From contig OZ024761.1 of the NCBI GenBank assembly GCA_964016885.1, positions 15,624,001 through 15,688,000 on the forward strand: a DNA stretch of 64,000 nucleotides, in the 5' to 3' direction. The notes under the pieces are model-generated. The model had not been told where the DNA came from, did no database searches, and saw only the letters and a program-made list of their open reading frames with translations. How positions within the stretch are numbered: position 1 is the stretch's first letter; each line of letters begins with the position of its first letter. Source of the stretch: Eledone cirrhosa. Lineage: Eukaryota. The translations under genes were made by a program, and so were the position numbers. Positions 32,347-44,469 of this stretch are shown piece by piece.

Positions 32347-32541
32347 TCTCCCCGTGGGACAGGGAGATCTCGCACCTACTTTGGGGTGGGTGAGAGATAT
32401 GTTCTCTTGTGAAAATGGGTATAGCTTTCATTATGTAAAATCTCCCCGTTTTGGAGTAGTCTTTTTTATGGTACTCCCCATTGGGGTTTTTAGAGGTTGC
32501 CAGGTCTGCATTTACCTGCATAGTATAGGTAGTTGTTTGAA

Positions 32542-32880
32542 GGCGCATGGCTTAGTGGTTAGAGCTTTGGGTTTGCAATCGGAAAGTTGTGAGTTCGAAT
32601 CTCGGACAGGGTGATGCATTGTGCCCTTGAGCAAGACGCTTCATTTCACGTTGCTTACAGTTTACTCAGCTGTAGAAATGAGTTGCGATGTCACTGGTGC
32701 CAAGCTGTATCGGTCATTGCCTTTCCCTTGGACATCATCGGTGGCGTGGAGAGGGGAGGAAGGCTGGTTTGCATGGGTGACTACTGGTCTTCCACAAACA
32801 ACCTTGCCTGGACTTGTGCCTCGGAGGGAAACTTTCTAGGTGCAAATCACATGGTCATTCGTGACCAAAGGGGTCTTTAC
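32542..32880 (+). mobile_element. CORE-type tRNA-derived SINE
   Basis: A box tggcttagtgg, B box gttcgaatc, CORE-like tgtgcccttgagcaagacgctt. Confidence 0.72.
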
Positions 32881-32883
32881 CTT

Positions 32884-33549
32884 TATAGGGAGCTGTGTTT
32901 AAACACACATTTATCTACATGGTATAGGGAGCTGTGTTTAAACACACATTTATCTACATGGTATAGGGAGCTGTGCTTAAACACACATTTATCTACATGG
33001 TGTATGGAGCTGTGTCTAAACACACATTTATCTACATGGTATAGGTAGCTGTGTTTAAACACACATTTATCTACATGGTGTAGGGAGCTGTGTTTAAACA
33101 CACATTTATCTACATGGTATAGGTAGCTGTGTTTAAACACACATTTATCTACATGGTATAGGGAACTGTGTTTAAACACACATTTATCTACATGGTATAG
33201 GGAGCTGTGCTTAAACACACATTTATCTACATGGTATAGGTAGCTGTGTTTAAACACACATTTATCTACATGGTATAGGTAGCTGTGTTTAAACACACAT
33301 TTATCTACATGGTATAGGGAGTTGTGTTTAAACACACATTTATCTACATGGTATGGGAGCTGTGCTTAAACACACATTTATCTACATGGTATAGGGAGCT
33401 GTGTTTAAACACACATTTATCTACATGGTATAGGGAGCTGTGTTTAAACACACATTTATCTACATGGTATAGGTAGCTGTGCTTAAACACACATTTATCT
33501 ATATGGTGTAGGGAGCTGTGCTTAAACACACATTTATCTACATGGTATA
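32884..33549. repeat. 39-bp tandem array (about 17 copies) with palindrome tgtgtttaaacaca
   Basis: Period 39. Confidence 0.95.
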
Positions 33550-33552
33550 GAG

Positions 33553-33938
33553 CAGGCATGTCAAACTGAAGATCCCCCAAGGGCCGCACGAGTCACATAT
33601 GTGTTGTCTTAGGGCCGCATGGGTCACATATGTGTTGTCTGAGGGCCGCACACGACAACTAAATGTGCACATTACAACTAATTAAAGTGATTTAATAAAA
33701 TTTATTGCAGAAAAATTTGTTACTTAAATTTAGAAACATACAAACGTTTCAGCAGCATTCATGAATACAAAGTAATGAAGTGGTTTGGCAAAAAACTAAA
33801 ATTTTAAATGGCAATATATACTTGCAGCTTTCAACAGCAACAAATACTTTGTACAGAAATTATAACAGTTCAAATCTGAACATTCATTTGCTACTATTCA
33901 ACCATTTTTAGTGTTTTGTCCTGAGGTTTGACACCTCT
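33553..33938. mobile_element. Possible hAT-type MITE
   Basis: caggcatgtcaaac ... gtttgacacctct imperfect TIRs and repeated agggccgca subterminal motifs. Confidence 0.5.
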
Positions 33939-34099
33939 TTTTACTGACAATTTTTTGGTATGTCTGGCTGAAATGTTTGTACAGTTCCGACTTTGATCAG
34001 AGATGACAAGTGTTGATCAATTAGCTTAAGCTTTGAGGTCTACCCACCATAGGGCGTTCTCCTACACAGTCTGGGCTCAATAGATACTTTTTCTCATTT

Positions 34100-35110
34100 T
34101 GTATTTGGCAGAATTGATAAGGTGTTGAATAAAATGCCATTGCAATATTTGTTCTGACCTTTAACATTCTAAGATCAAGTCCCTCCGAACACAACTGTTT
34201 TTTCATCCTTCCGGGGTTGATAAAATAAAGTACTGGGACGATACAATCGACTTTCCCCCACCTACAATTTGTTGACTCTGTGCCTAAATTGGAAATCATA
34301 AAGTACCAGTAATGCACTGGGTAATTGCTGGCCTTGTGCCTAAAGTAGAAACAATTATTTTGGTAGTAATATGAGCGCGGTGTATTGGCAGTATCGGTAG
34401 AGAGTCGGACACCACGCTTTGCAGTATAGAGATACGGCCCTTCAAATCCCGCCGAGGTTAACTTTGCCTTTCATCCTTACGGGGTTGATAAAATAAAGTA
34501 CCAGTAATGCACTGGGGTCAATTTAATCGACTTTCCCCTCCCTCCAAATTACTGGCCTTGTGCCTATACTAGAAATCATTATTTTGGTAGTAATCAACAG
34601 AGCACCGGACAACATGCATAACGGCATATCGTTATATAGTTACGTCCCGTTACGTTCTGAGTTGAAATCCAAGGTTAACTTTGCCTTTCATCCTTACGGG
34701 GTCGATAAAATAAGTACCAGTAATACACTGGGATCGATTTAATCGACTTTCCCTTGCCCCCCCAAATTTCCCTTGGCCCCCAAATTTCCCTTCCCCACCA
34801 AATTTCTATTTCAGAGCTCCTACAGTTTGGAAGAGAGGCTGCTTGCAAGTGTATGGATACATGATCGTGTGCATTCTGGCAAGAGCATGGAGGGTGTGCG
34901 ACATGACTTCACTGCAAGATTCGGCAAACCAGTTCCTCCGAAGAGAACGATACTGCGATGGGAACATAAACTGTTTCTCATTACCTTTGGCCTTTCATCC
35001 TTACGGGGTCGATAAAATAAAGTACTAGTAATGTACTGGTGTTGATTTAATCGACTTTCCCTTCTCCCTCAAAAAAAAAAATCGTTGGCCTTGTGCCTAA
35101 ATCAGAAACC
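34100..35110 (+). mobile_element. Cluster of Meta-type SINE copies
   Basis: Four occurrences of the tttcatcctt(a/c)cggggt(c/t)gataaaata core. Confidence 0.72.
34815..34978 (+). mobile_element. Tc1/mariner-related transposase N-terminal HTH fragment (DUF4817-like)
   Basis: YSLEERLLASVW...VRHDFTARFGKPVPPKRTILRWEHKLF. Confidence 0.6.
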
Positions 35111-35488
35111 GTTATTTACATTCTCTCAACTCATACAGCTTGATCTATCACCAAGCTCTTCAATTAACCAGTCGTCACTTTTGTGGAGGTTTTTTTTTTC
35201 AAAATTTAGATATTTTTTAATATTTTCACCCCCCCCCCCCCCCCCTCTCTCTCTCTCTCTTGTAAGTTTTGCATTTTTTTTTTTTTTTTATATTATTTCA
35301 AAACTTCTGACTGATTGCATGGTCGGCTGTTTTTTCGGCATCATTTCAATGAACGCAGCTGATAAAAACTAAGCAGACGACAGTTAAGAAACAGCATTTC
35401 TAAGTATTTCTATCTATCTATCTAGACTAGATTGACCGACAGAGATGTTTCCCACGCCTTTTACTGCTTTCAGCAGAGGAAGAAATGG

Positions 35489-35599
35489 CGAGAGAGAGAG
35501 AGAGAGAGAGAGAGAATCAGGCGCAGTCAGAGAGATGATGAGCGACATCGTTGGAGAGAAAGAGAGCGAGGCAAGGACATAGAGAGAGGGGGGACACAA

Positions 35600-35650
<51 letters not shown>

Positions 35651-36440
35651 CAGACAAAGATAAGAAGAGAAAGATAGGAGCATAAAGAGAGAGAAAGATA
35701 AATAGAGATCAAGAGAGAGAGAGAGAGACACACATAGAGAGATAAAGAGACAGGGAGAGAGAGAGATAAAGAGACACAGAGAGAGATAGAGAGAGATAAA
35801 GAGACAGGGAGAGAGACACATAGAGAGATAAAGAGACAGGGAGAGAGAGAGATAAAGAGACACAGAGAGAGATAGAGAGAGATAAAGAGACAGGGAGAGA
35901 GACACATAGAGAGATAAAGAGACAGGGAGAGAGATAAAGAGACACAGAGAGAGATAGAGAGAGATAAAGAGACAGGGAGAGAGATAAAGAGACACAGAGA
36001 GAGATAGAGAGAGATAAAGAGACAGGGAGAGAGACACACATAGAGAGATAAAGAGACAGGGAGAGAGAGACACATAGAGAGATAAAGAGACAGGGAGAGA
36101 GAGAGAGATAAAGAGACACAGAGAGAGATAGAGAGAGATAAAGAGACAGGGAGAGAGACACACATAGAGAGATAAAGAGACAGGGAGAGAGAGACACATA
36201 GAGAGATAAAGAGACAGGGAGAGAGAGAGATAAAGAGACACAGAGAGAGATAGAGAGAGATAAAGAGACAGAGAGATAAAGAGATACAGAGAGAGATAGA
36301 GAGAGATAAAGAGACATGGAGAGAGATGGAGAGAGATAAAGAGACAGGGAGAGAGACACAGGGAGAGAGAGAGAGATAAAGAGACAGAGAGAGAGAGAGA
36401 GAGAGATAAAGAGACAGGGAGAGAGACAGAGAGAGATAAA

Positions 36441-36465
<25 letters not shown>
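35489..36465. repeat. (GA)n-based composite minisatellite
   Basis: Repeating gagataaagagacagggagaga blocks. Confidence 0.92.
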
Positions 36466-36471
<6 letters not shown>

Positions 36472-36704
36472 AGAGTGGGGTGAGGTGACAAAGAGAAATT
36501 ACGGGTGCCAGGTTAAAGAGAACTATGGCAGTTACCAAAATATAATAACTCTGATGATATTTTCACTGCATTTACTACCCCACCCTCCCCTATCCACTAT
36601 CTGGCCTCCTCTACCGCCTTCCACTCTTTCTCTCATTTTCCTCCTCCCCTGCCTCTCTCCTCCTCTTAGCTACTTCACCTTGCTAATATCCTCTTACAGC
36701 TACC

Positions 36705-37915
36705 CTCACCACCACCACCACCAGTAACACCATCATCACAATCGCCAACTCCATCGTTGCCACCACCATCATTACAGTCACCACCACCACCACCATCACA
36801 ACCACCTACACCACCATCACTACCACCACCATCACTGCCACCATCACCAGCACAACCACCACCATCACTACCACCAACACCATCACTACCACCACCATCA
36901 CTGCCACCATCACCAGCACAACCACCGTCACCAACAGCACCACCATCACTACCACCTACACCACCATCACTACCACCACCATCACTGCCACCATCATCAC
37001 CACAACCACCGTCACCAACAGCACCACCATCACTACCACCAACACCATCACTACCACCATCACTACCACCACCATCACTGCCACCATCACCAGCACAACC
37101 ACCGTCACCAACAGCACCACCATCACTACCACCTACACCACCATCACTACCACCACCATCACTGCCACCATCACCAGCACAACCACCACCATCACTACCA
37201 CCAACACCATCACTACCACCACCATCACTGCCACCATCACCAGCACAACCACCGTCACCAACAGCACCACCATCACTACCACCAACACCATCACTCCCAC
37301 CACCAACAGCACCACCATCACTACCACCAGCACCATCACTCCCACCACCAACACCACCACCATCACTACCACCAACACCATCACTACCACCACCATCACT
37401 ACCACCACCATCACTACCACCATCACCAGCACAACCACCGTCACCAACAGCACCACCATCACTACCACCATCACCAGCACAACCACCGTCACCAACACCA
37501 CCACCATCACTACCAACACCACCACCATCACTACCACCACCACCATCACTACCACCATCATCCCATCATCACAATCACCACCATTACAACCTTCATTACC
37601 ACTACCATTACTATAAACACTACCACCAACACCATCAGGCCCACCACCATTACTACCACCATTACTACCAACACTACCACCACCATTACCACCACCATTA
37701 CTACCACCATTACCACCACCATTACTACCACCATTACTACCAACACTACCACCAACACTACCACCAACACCATCATCACCATCACAACCACCACCACTGC
37801 CACAACTACCACCAACACCATCACCACCTCCAACACCACCAATACCAACACTACCACCACCAACACTACCACCACCAACACCACCATCACCTCCACCACC
37901 ATTACCAACACCACC
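36705..37915. repeat. (CCA)n-rich low-complexity repeat
   Basis: Direct inspection; source of the 407-aa Pro/His ORF. Confidence 0.9.
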
Positions 37916-38113
37916 TGTTCTTGTTGTTTAACTTTCTCTCTATACCCCCCCCCCCCTCTACCTCCTGTAGCTCCTCTTAACATTTCTCACCTCTACTTTC
38001 TTCTTCCTCCCTTTCCACTTCCTTCACTCGCTCTATAACCCTTTCTTTCTTTCCATCTTTTTTACTACCTCCCTCTCTCTCTCTTAGGCCCATATACTTG
38101 TGTGAGTTCATAC

Positions 38114-38171
<58 letters not shown>

Positions 38172-38173
<2 letters not shown>

Positions 38174-38586
38174 CGAAAGCAATGTGGTAAGGAACCAGGG
38201 GGACCAGAACGCACCAAAGTACTCAATACTTAGGGTAGTTGAGTGGGTAATAGGAACGAGTAGGACCCCGACGGCTGAGCTCAAGTCGTTTCGACGGCTA
38301 ATTCTGGACTATTTTAGTCCAGAATTAGCCGTCGAAACGGCTTGAGCTCAGCCGTCGGGGTCCTACTCGTTCCTATATATATATATATAGGAAAATGTTC
38401 AAGACCCCGACGGCAGAGCTCAAGCCGTTTCGACGGCTATTTCTGGAGGTCCAGAAATAGCCGTCGAAACGTCTTCAGCTCTGCCGTCGGAGTCTTGAAT
38501 ATTTTCCTATTACCCACTCTACTACCCTAAGTATTGAGTACTCTGGTGCGTTATGGTCCACCTGGTTCCTTACCACATTGCTTTCG

Positions 38587-38588
<2 letters not shown>
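38172..38588. mobile_element. Nested palindromic element (family B) inserted in (TA)n, carrying hammerhead 3' halves
   Basis: Outer inverted arms of about 85 bp and two inner palindromes; motif C-GAA-ACGGC-UUGAGCUCA-GCCGU-C|GGGG; related copy at 56331-56523. Confidence 0.6.
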
Positions 38589-38661
<73 letters not shown>

Positions 38662-39121
38662 GTGGTCCTTTGTCAGTGATCTTCCAACCATCACAGGTAT
38701 TTCTTCGCTTTAAAGACCATATACCTCCGGTTGGTGCGAGCAACGGCTAAAAAAAGTCGTTGGGACACGTAAATAAAGGGGACATATATATATATATTAT
38801 ATATATTATATATATATATATACAGAGAGGGAGAGAATTGGATTCGCAATCGTGAGGTTGTGATTTCGATTCCCGGACCGTTATGTCCTTGAGCAAGACA
38901 CTTCCTTTCACCTTCCTCCTTCTACCTGGAGATGCGACCGATAGATAGTATTAGCAATTGGAAAGACTAATGGAAACATTGTTTCCTCGGTCTGATTTGA
39001 CGAAAGTCGATCGACTGACGATTTATGTGTGTGTGTGTGTTTATTCCAGGTTCAATCGGGGGTAACCACAGTAAGTAAGGTACTCAATACATAGCAGAGT
39101 ATAGATATTTAATATAGAAAT

Positions 39122-39173
39122 GACTTCTACAGGACTAGAACGGTTTCATTCGGAGGAAATCATCAGGAAAGCC
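39122..39173 (-). ncRNA. Hammerhead ribozyme motif (family A, diverged copy)
   Basis: GGCUUUC-CUGAUGA-UUUCCUCCGAAU-GAA-ACCG-UUCUAGUC-CUGU-A|GAAGUC; one helix III mismatch; shares its 3' flank (tattgagtaccttacttactgtggtta) with the 20.5-kb copy. Confidence 0.55.
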
Positions 39174-39281
39174 ATGATTTTTAAAGCGATGAAATACCAA
39201 TGAAGGTTGGAAGATCACTGATGAAGGACTAATTTTATTCATATGTAACCCATGTGCAACCACACAGCACTCCATTTTTCT

Positions 39282-39327
<46 letters not shown>

Positions 39328-39454
39328 GTAGGAGGTGAGTTTTATTGTAGTACAATAAAGCAATGCAGATATCGGATAAGAAGCACTCTACAGTTTTTAG
39401 GACTGGAGTATACATAATATATAAGATCAAAAGATGGTTATAAGGAGTTCCATG

Positions 39455-39528
39455 TATTTTATTATGCGCATTTCAAAAACAAACATCATCATCATGCAAT
39501 AATATTTGTGTTTTCATCAGATAAAACA
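39455..39528 (-). ncRNA. Type I hammerhead ribozyme motif (family C, mirror copy)
   Basis: Reverse-complement copy of 39647-39720 within the palindrome centred at 39587/39588. Confidence 0.78.
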
Positions 39529-39646
39529 GGAGGACATGATATGAAGGCTAAAAAACACTTGTGGATAGTGCAGTTTTAAATCAACATATGTTGATTTAAA
39601 ACTGCACTATCCACAAGTGTTTTTTAGCCTTCATATCATGTCCTCC

Positions 39647-39720
39647 TGTTTTATCTGATGAAAACACAAATATTATTGCATGATGGTGATGTTTGTTTTT
39701 GAAATGCGCATAATAAAATA
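39647..39720 (+). ncRNA. Type I hammerhead ribozyme motif (family C)
   Basis: UGUUUUAU-CUGAUGA-(~17 bp stem II)-GAA-AUGCGCAU-A|AUAAAAUA; complete core, palindromic helix III, AUA cleavage triplet ending at 39712. Confidence 0.8.
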
Positions 39721-39774
39721 CATGGAACTCCTTTAACCATCTTTTGATATTATGTATATATATATATATATATA

Positions 39775-40220
39775 TATAGGCAGAAGTCAGTAATTTGGAG
39801 GGAGGGGAAAGTCGATTAAATCGACCCCAGTCCCTACTGGTGCTTTATTTCATCGACCTCATATGGATGAAAGGTAAAGCTAACCTCAGCAGGATTTGAA
39901 CTGAAAACGTAAAGGGCCGTAACTCTATGCTGCAAAGCACGCTGTCCGATGGTCTACCGATACTGCCAATCCCCGACCTTTTAATAATAATAATAATAAT
40001 ATTAATTGTTTCTACTATAAGCACAAGGCCAGCAATTTGGGGGAGGAAGGGAAAATCGATTAAATCGACTCAGTGTATTACTGGTACTTATTCTATCAAG
40101 ACCGTAAGGATGAAAGGCAAACCTAACCTCGGCGGGATTTGAACTCAGAACGTAAAGGGCCTTAACTCTATTCCGCAAAGCAGAGTGTCCGACGCTCTAC
40201 CGATTCTGCCAATCCGCCAT
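39775..40220 (-). mobile_element. Two Meta-type SINEs (further minus-strand copies at 41262-41450, 48000-48455, 51988-52203, 53718-53890)
   Basis: Reverse complement of the Meta core and tRNA head. Confidence 0.72.
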
Positions 40221-40484
40221 AATATGTGTGTGTGTTTTACACTAACCTTTGTTTCATGGGCTGCCAGAAGATCTACAATAAATACATTACTCCCCCTTTC
40301 TCTCTCACTCTCTCTCTCTCTCTCTCTCTCACGCCACCCCTTCCTTCCATACAGTACTGTATATGACTGTATACACTTAACATTCACATACACACATACA
40401 TAGACATACATGCATACACACACACATATATATATATACACACATACATGCACACACATATACATACATACGCATACATGCGCG

Positions 40485-40530
<46 letters not shown>

Positions 40531-40760
40531 TATATACACACATAGGCATACATGCACACACACACACACACGTATATACACGCATACATACATACAAACA
40601 TTTACACAGATACAAACATTTAGATACATACATACATAGATATATACACACATACATACACATAGATAAATAAATATTTCTACATGTATTTATATCACGT
40701 GTCAGTGAGTATATACAGATGAATGATGGATGGTTCTATGTATACATACACACAGGTGTT

Positions 40761-40835
<75 letters not shown>

Positions 40836-42696
40836 GGCGCGTGGCTGAGTGGTAAGAGAATTGAACCCTCAATTTTGGACCGGGCGATGCGTTATGTCCT
40901 TGGGCAAGACACTTTATTTTCACGTTGCTCCTTCTACCTGGAGTTACGACCGCTAGATAGTATTAGCAATTGGAAAGACCAATGGAAACATTGTTTCCTC
41001 GGTCCGATTTGACGAAAGTCAATCGACTGTCATATATATACTTAATACAGAGAAAGCTTTTAGCGATACTCCAATCAACTCCCATCTCACTCAACAAACA
41101 TTAGGATATACCTGAGTATAATCCCAATTATACGTGTGGGGTGCTAACTATACAGTATTCCGTGGATAGTTGGCTGTATTATTTTATATGAGACATAATT
41201 CAATAAATCTCTCTTTCTTTCCATACGATCGTTTCGTTATAAGATTTCTACAAGGTGGGAAAATAATTGCTTCTACTTTTAGGCACAAGGCCAGCAATTA
41301 CCCAGTGCATTACTGGTACTTTATTTTATCGACCTCCGTAAGGATGAAAGGCAAAGTCAACCTCGGCGGGATTTGAACTCAGATCGTAAAGGGACGTAAC
41401 TATGCTGCAAAGCATGGCGTCCGACCCTCCACCAATACTGCCAAGCCACCGATTTCTACAAGGTGGGAAAATAATGTCCAAGTTGTGTAGAAGCTTGCAT
41501 ATAATCCATAGATATCCACACAAGTGGGCCCTTATAATTCATCAGTGGATGCCCAGGCAATATCAATATAAAAAACTACATTGATATTAATCTCCGTCAG
41601 TGCTAGAAGGACCGCGAAGTTTGAAAGTTCAGCAGTTCTTCAAAAAGAAATTTCACACTGTCCCCCCAAATGGGAAGGGGGGGGGGGGGGGGGTGTCATC
41701 GTAAAACATAAAATAAAATAATATACACGTAGGTCATTGAACCCTGTTAGGAATTCTAACCACCATATAACCCATTACTACCACCAACAAAATCCTCCAT
41801 CACCACCACAACCATCATTACCCTCACCACAACCATCATCTCCACCACCACTACCCTAACGACTATGAACACCGTCATCATCATCCTCACCGCTAAAACC
41901 ACCACAGCTATCATCTCCACCACCACCACAACAACAACAACAACAACAACAACTATCATCATCATCACCATCATATATATATATAAGATGGGATAATCAC
42001 TGCTGGAATACCTTCGATGAAGGCTGACCTGGGGCTAAACAACTACTGCTACTGGCTAGAGCTAATGGATTTCTATTCGTCTGAACACTCAGAGTTATGT
42101 ATCTTGTTTGAATCAAGGGAAATAACTCCATAATTCTAGTTAGAAAATACATAAAGAAATGACCTGTTATGTTGCCTTGTTCCATTCAACAGCAACAAAC
42201 TGTCTCATTCCAGCTCCGCATGTTTCTTTTTGTTTACTTTTACTGTTTCTAATCATTAGTTTTCGGCCATGCTGGGACACCGCCTTGATCATATCAACCC
42301 CAGTTGTATTAACTTTACTGGTACTAATTTTGTCGATATTTTCTCAAATCTGTAGGTTACAGGCTGTTATGTCCTTGACATGACTGAAGGGTCCTCCCAA
42401 CCCTTTGTTTGGAAAGCTGGATACCCTTCCTATCACCAACCACTTTACAGAGTGTACTGGGTGCGTTTATCGTGTAGATCACCAACACTAGGGAAGCTGT
42501 CATTATATACTCATCGTTAAAATGGAGTAAGCTCAGCTGTCAGGCACTAAGTTTTCAATATATATATATAATTGTTTCTACTTTTGGCACAAGGCCAGCA
42601 ATTATCCCACTGCATTACTGGTACTTTATTAGCCATGCACTGGGATAATTGCTGGCCTTGTGCCAAAAGTAAAAACAATTATATATATATATATAT

Positions 42697-43185
42697 ATGC
42701 CGAAACAAATGAGATCGTGTAGGTGTCACGACAAAAAAACACACAGTCCACGCTGTAATGTGGCCGTGTAGGCAACACGGTAAAAACATCCCAGCCCCAC
42801 ACTGTAAATGTGGTTGGTGTTAGGAAGGGCATCCAGCTGTAGAAAACCCGCCAGACAGTCCACGCTGTAATGTGGCCGTGTAGGCAACACGGTAAAAACC
42901 TCCCAGCCCCACACTGTAAATGTGGTTGGTGTTAGGAAGGGCATCCAGCTGTAGAAAACCCGCCAGACAGTCCACGCTGTAATGTGGCCGTGTAGGCAAC
43001 ACGGTAAAAACCTCCCAGCCACACACTGTAAATGTGGTTGGTGTTAGGAAGGGCATCCAGCTGTAGAAAACCCGCCAGACAGTCCTATGCGAGCAAGACA
43101 ACCATTCTTGCCTCAAGTGGGAAAACCCCCGTCCAAACCCATGCAAGCGTGGAACACGGACGCTAAACCTGATGATGATGATGAT
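42697..43185 (+). mobile_element. RTE-related SINE/tail with a 112-bp internal triplication, ending in (GAT)n
   Basis: ggttggtgttaggaagggcatccagctgtagaaa motif, period 112 x3; related copies at 52955-53220, 56845-57030 (-), 57410-57705, 59960-60256. Confidence 0.7.
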
Positions 43186-43194
43186 GTGTGTGTG

Positions 43195-43830
43195 AAAAAT
43201 GGTATGCTGCGTGTTGCAAATGGGATACATATGAATAAAATTAGTCCGTCATTAGTGATCTTCCAACCTTCATTGGTATTTCTTCGCATTAAAGATCATA
43301 TACCTCTGGTTGGTGCGAGCAATAACTAAAAAAAGTTATTGGGACACGTAAAATGGAGTGAAGCGAGCGCTGTGACCTTTCTGTTTCTTTCTTACTGCTT
43401 CCCCTTTCTCTGTATCTCTCACCTTCATTTTACCCCCTCTGCCAGTCACTCTCTCTCAGCTGGCCTCTTCCTCACACTTTCACTCACTCTCTCTGCTACT
43501 CCCCCTCTCTCACTTCCTCCCGTTTGACCTGTGTGAAATCCTTTTCTCGCTTACATCTCACTCGGCTCGGACGCGTCTGTGTCTCTCCTCGTTTGATTTG
43601 ATCGAACTTTAAGTTCACAGATATCACGGACTTGTTTCTCCTCTTCCTCTCTTTCCGTTGCATTACCATCTATGTTTGTTTACATGTCTCGCTCGCTTCA
43701 CCCTATTTTACGTATCCCAATAACTTTTTTTAGTTATTGCTCGCACCAACTAGAGGTATATGATCTGTAATGTGAAGAAATACCAATGAAGGTTGGAAGA
43801 TCACTAATGACGGACTAATTTTATTCATAT
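43195..43830. mobile_element. Repeat element with about 140-bp inverted arms (other fragments at 38656-38775 and 39185-39280)
   Basis: 43229-43366 is the reverse complement of about 43689-43830; the same sequence recurs next to (TA)n near 38.7 and 39.2 kb. Confidence 0.6.
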
Positions 43831-44182
43831 CATTTCATTTCATCATTTCATTTTATGTCCGCTTTTTCCCTGCTTGCAAGGGTGGGACGGGAACTGATAC
43901 TGGCTTGATTTCTACAGCTGGATGCCCTTCCTAACACCAACCTCATTTACAGTGAGTGCTGGGTGCTTTTTTGCTGTGGCACCTCCACGACTACTTTGCA
44001 GTGGAATGATAGGGACCCCAGTCCCTATCATCTCATTTCTACAGCTGAGTAAACTATATATATGTGTGTGTGTGTGTGTGTCTGTCTCTCCCTTTCTCTC
44101 AGAGAGAAAGGAAGAGACAGACACAGAGAGAGAAAGAGAAAAAAAGAGAGTTTAAGACCATTTACAAAACAGTATAGACATT

Positions 44183-44188
44183 TTTATT
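44183..44188 (-). terminator. Candidate FANCM polyadenylation signal AATAAA
   Basis: tttatt on the plus strand about 70 nt downstream of the stop codon. Confidence 0.45.
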
Positions 44189-44259
44189 TCAAAATAACAA
44201 AGTTATCACAGATTTTTGTTTGTTTGGGGGTGGATGTAGCTGTAGATGTGTTTAGCAAA

Positions 44260-44356
44260 TCACAGATTTTTGTTTGTTTGGTGGTGGATGTAGCTGTAGA
44301 TGTGTTTAGCAAGGTCTTCAGACATCTTCCCCTTCTTAGCAATCTCTTCAGCAGGG
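44260..44356 (-). CDS. FANCM: FANCM terminal coding exon (SPAEEIAKKGKMSEDLAKHIYSYIHHQTNKNL*)
   Basis: ttttgcag acceptor, phase 2, TGA at 44260-44262; AxxIYxYIH motif of the FANCM C-terminus. Confidence 0.9.
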
Positions 44357-44469
44357 CTGCAAAATACAAGAAAACCAAATCCTTGTTATGCATTGTCAGT
44401 GCTCCAGCATGGCCTCAGTCAAATGACTGAAACCAATATAAGATTTTTTTAAATATTGGCATCACAAAA

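Noticed and set aside
32545-32612. tRNA gene
   Set aside because: It has A and B boxes but continues into a CORE domain and has diverged copies, so it is a SINE head.
29641-33549. Tandem arrays as CRISPR or retrozyme arrays
   Set aside because: No unique spacers, no cas genes, eukaryotic context; the 82-bp unit's TGAAGA...GAAA lacks C3 and a paired stem II.
36757-37980. 407-aa Pro/His-rich ORF (extensin-like)
   Set aside because: (CCA)n low complexity, TTG start, no splice or homology support.
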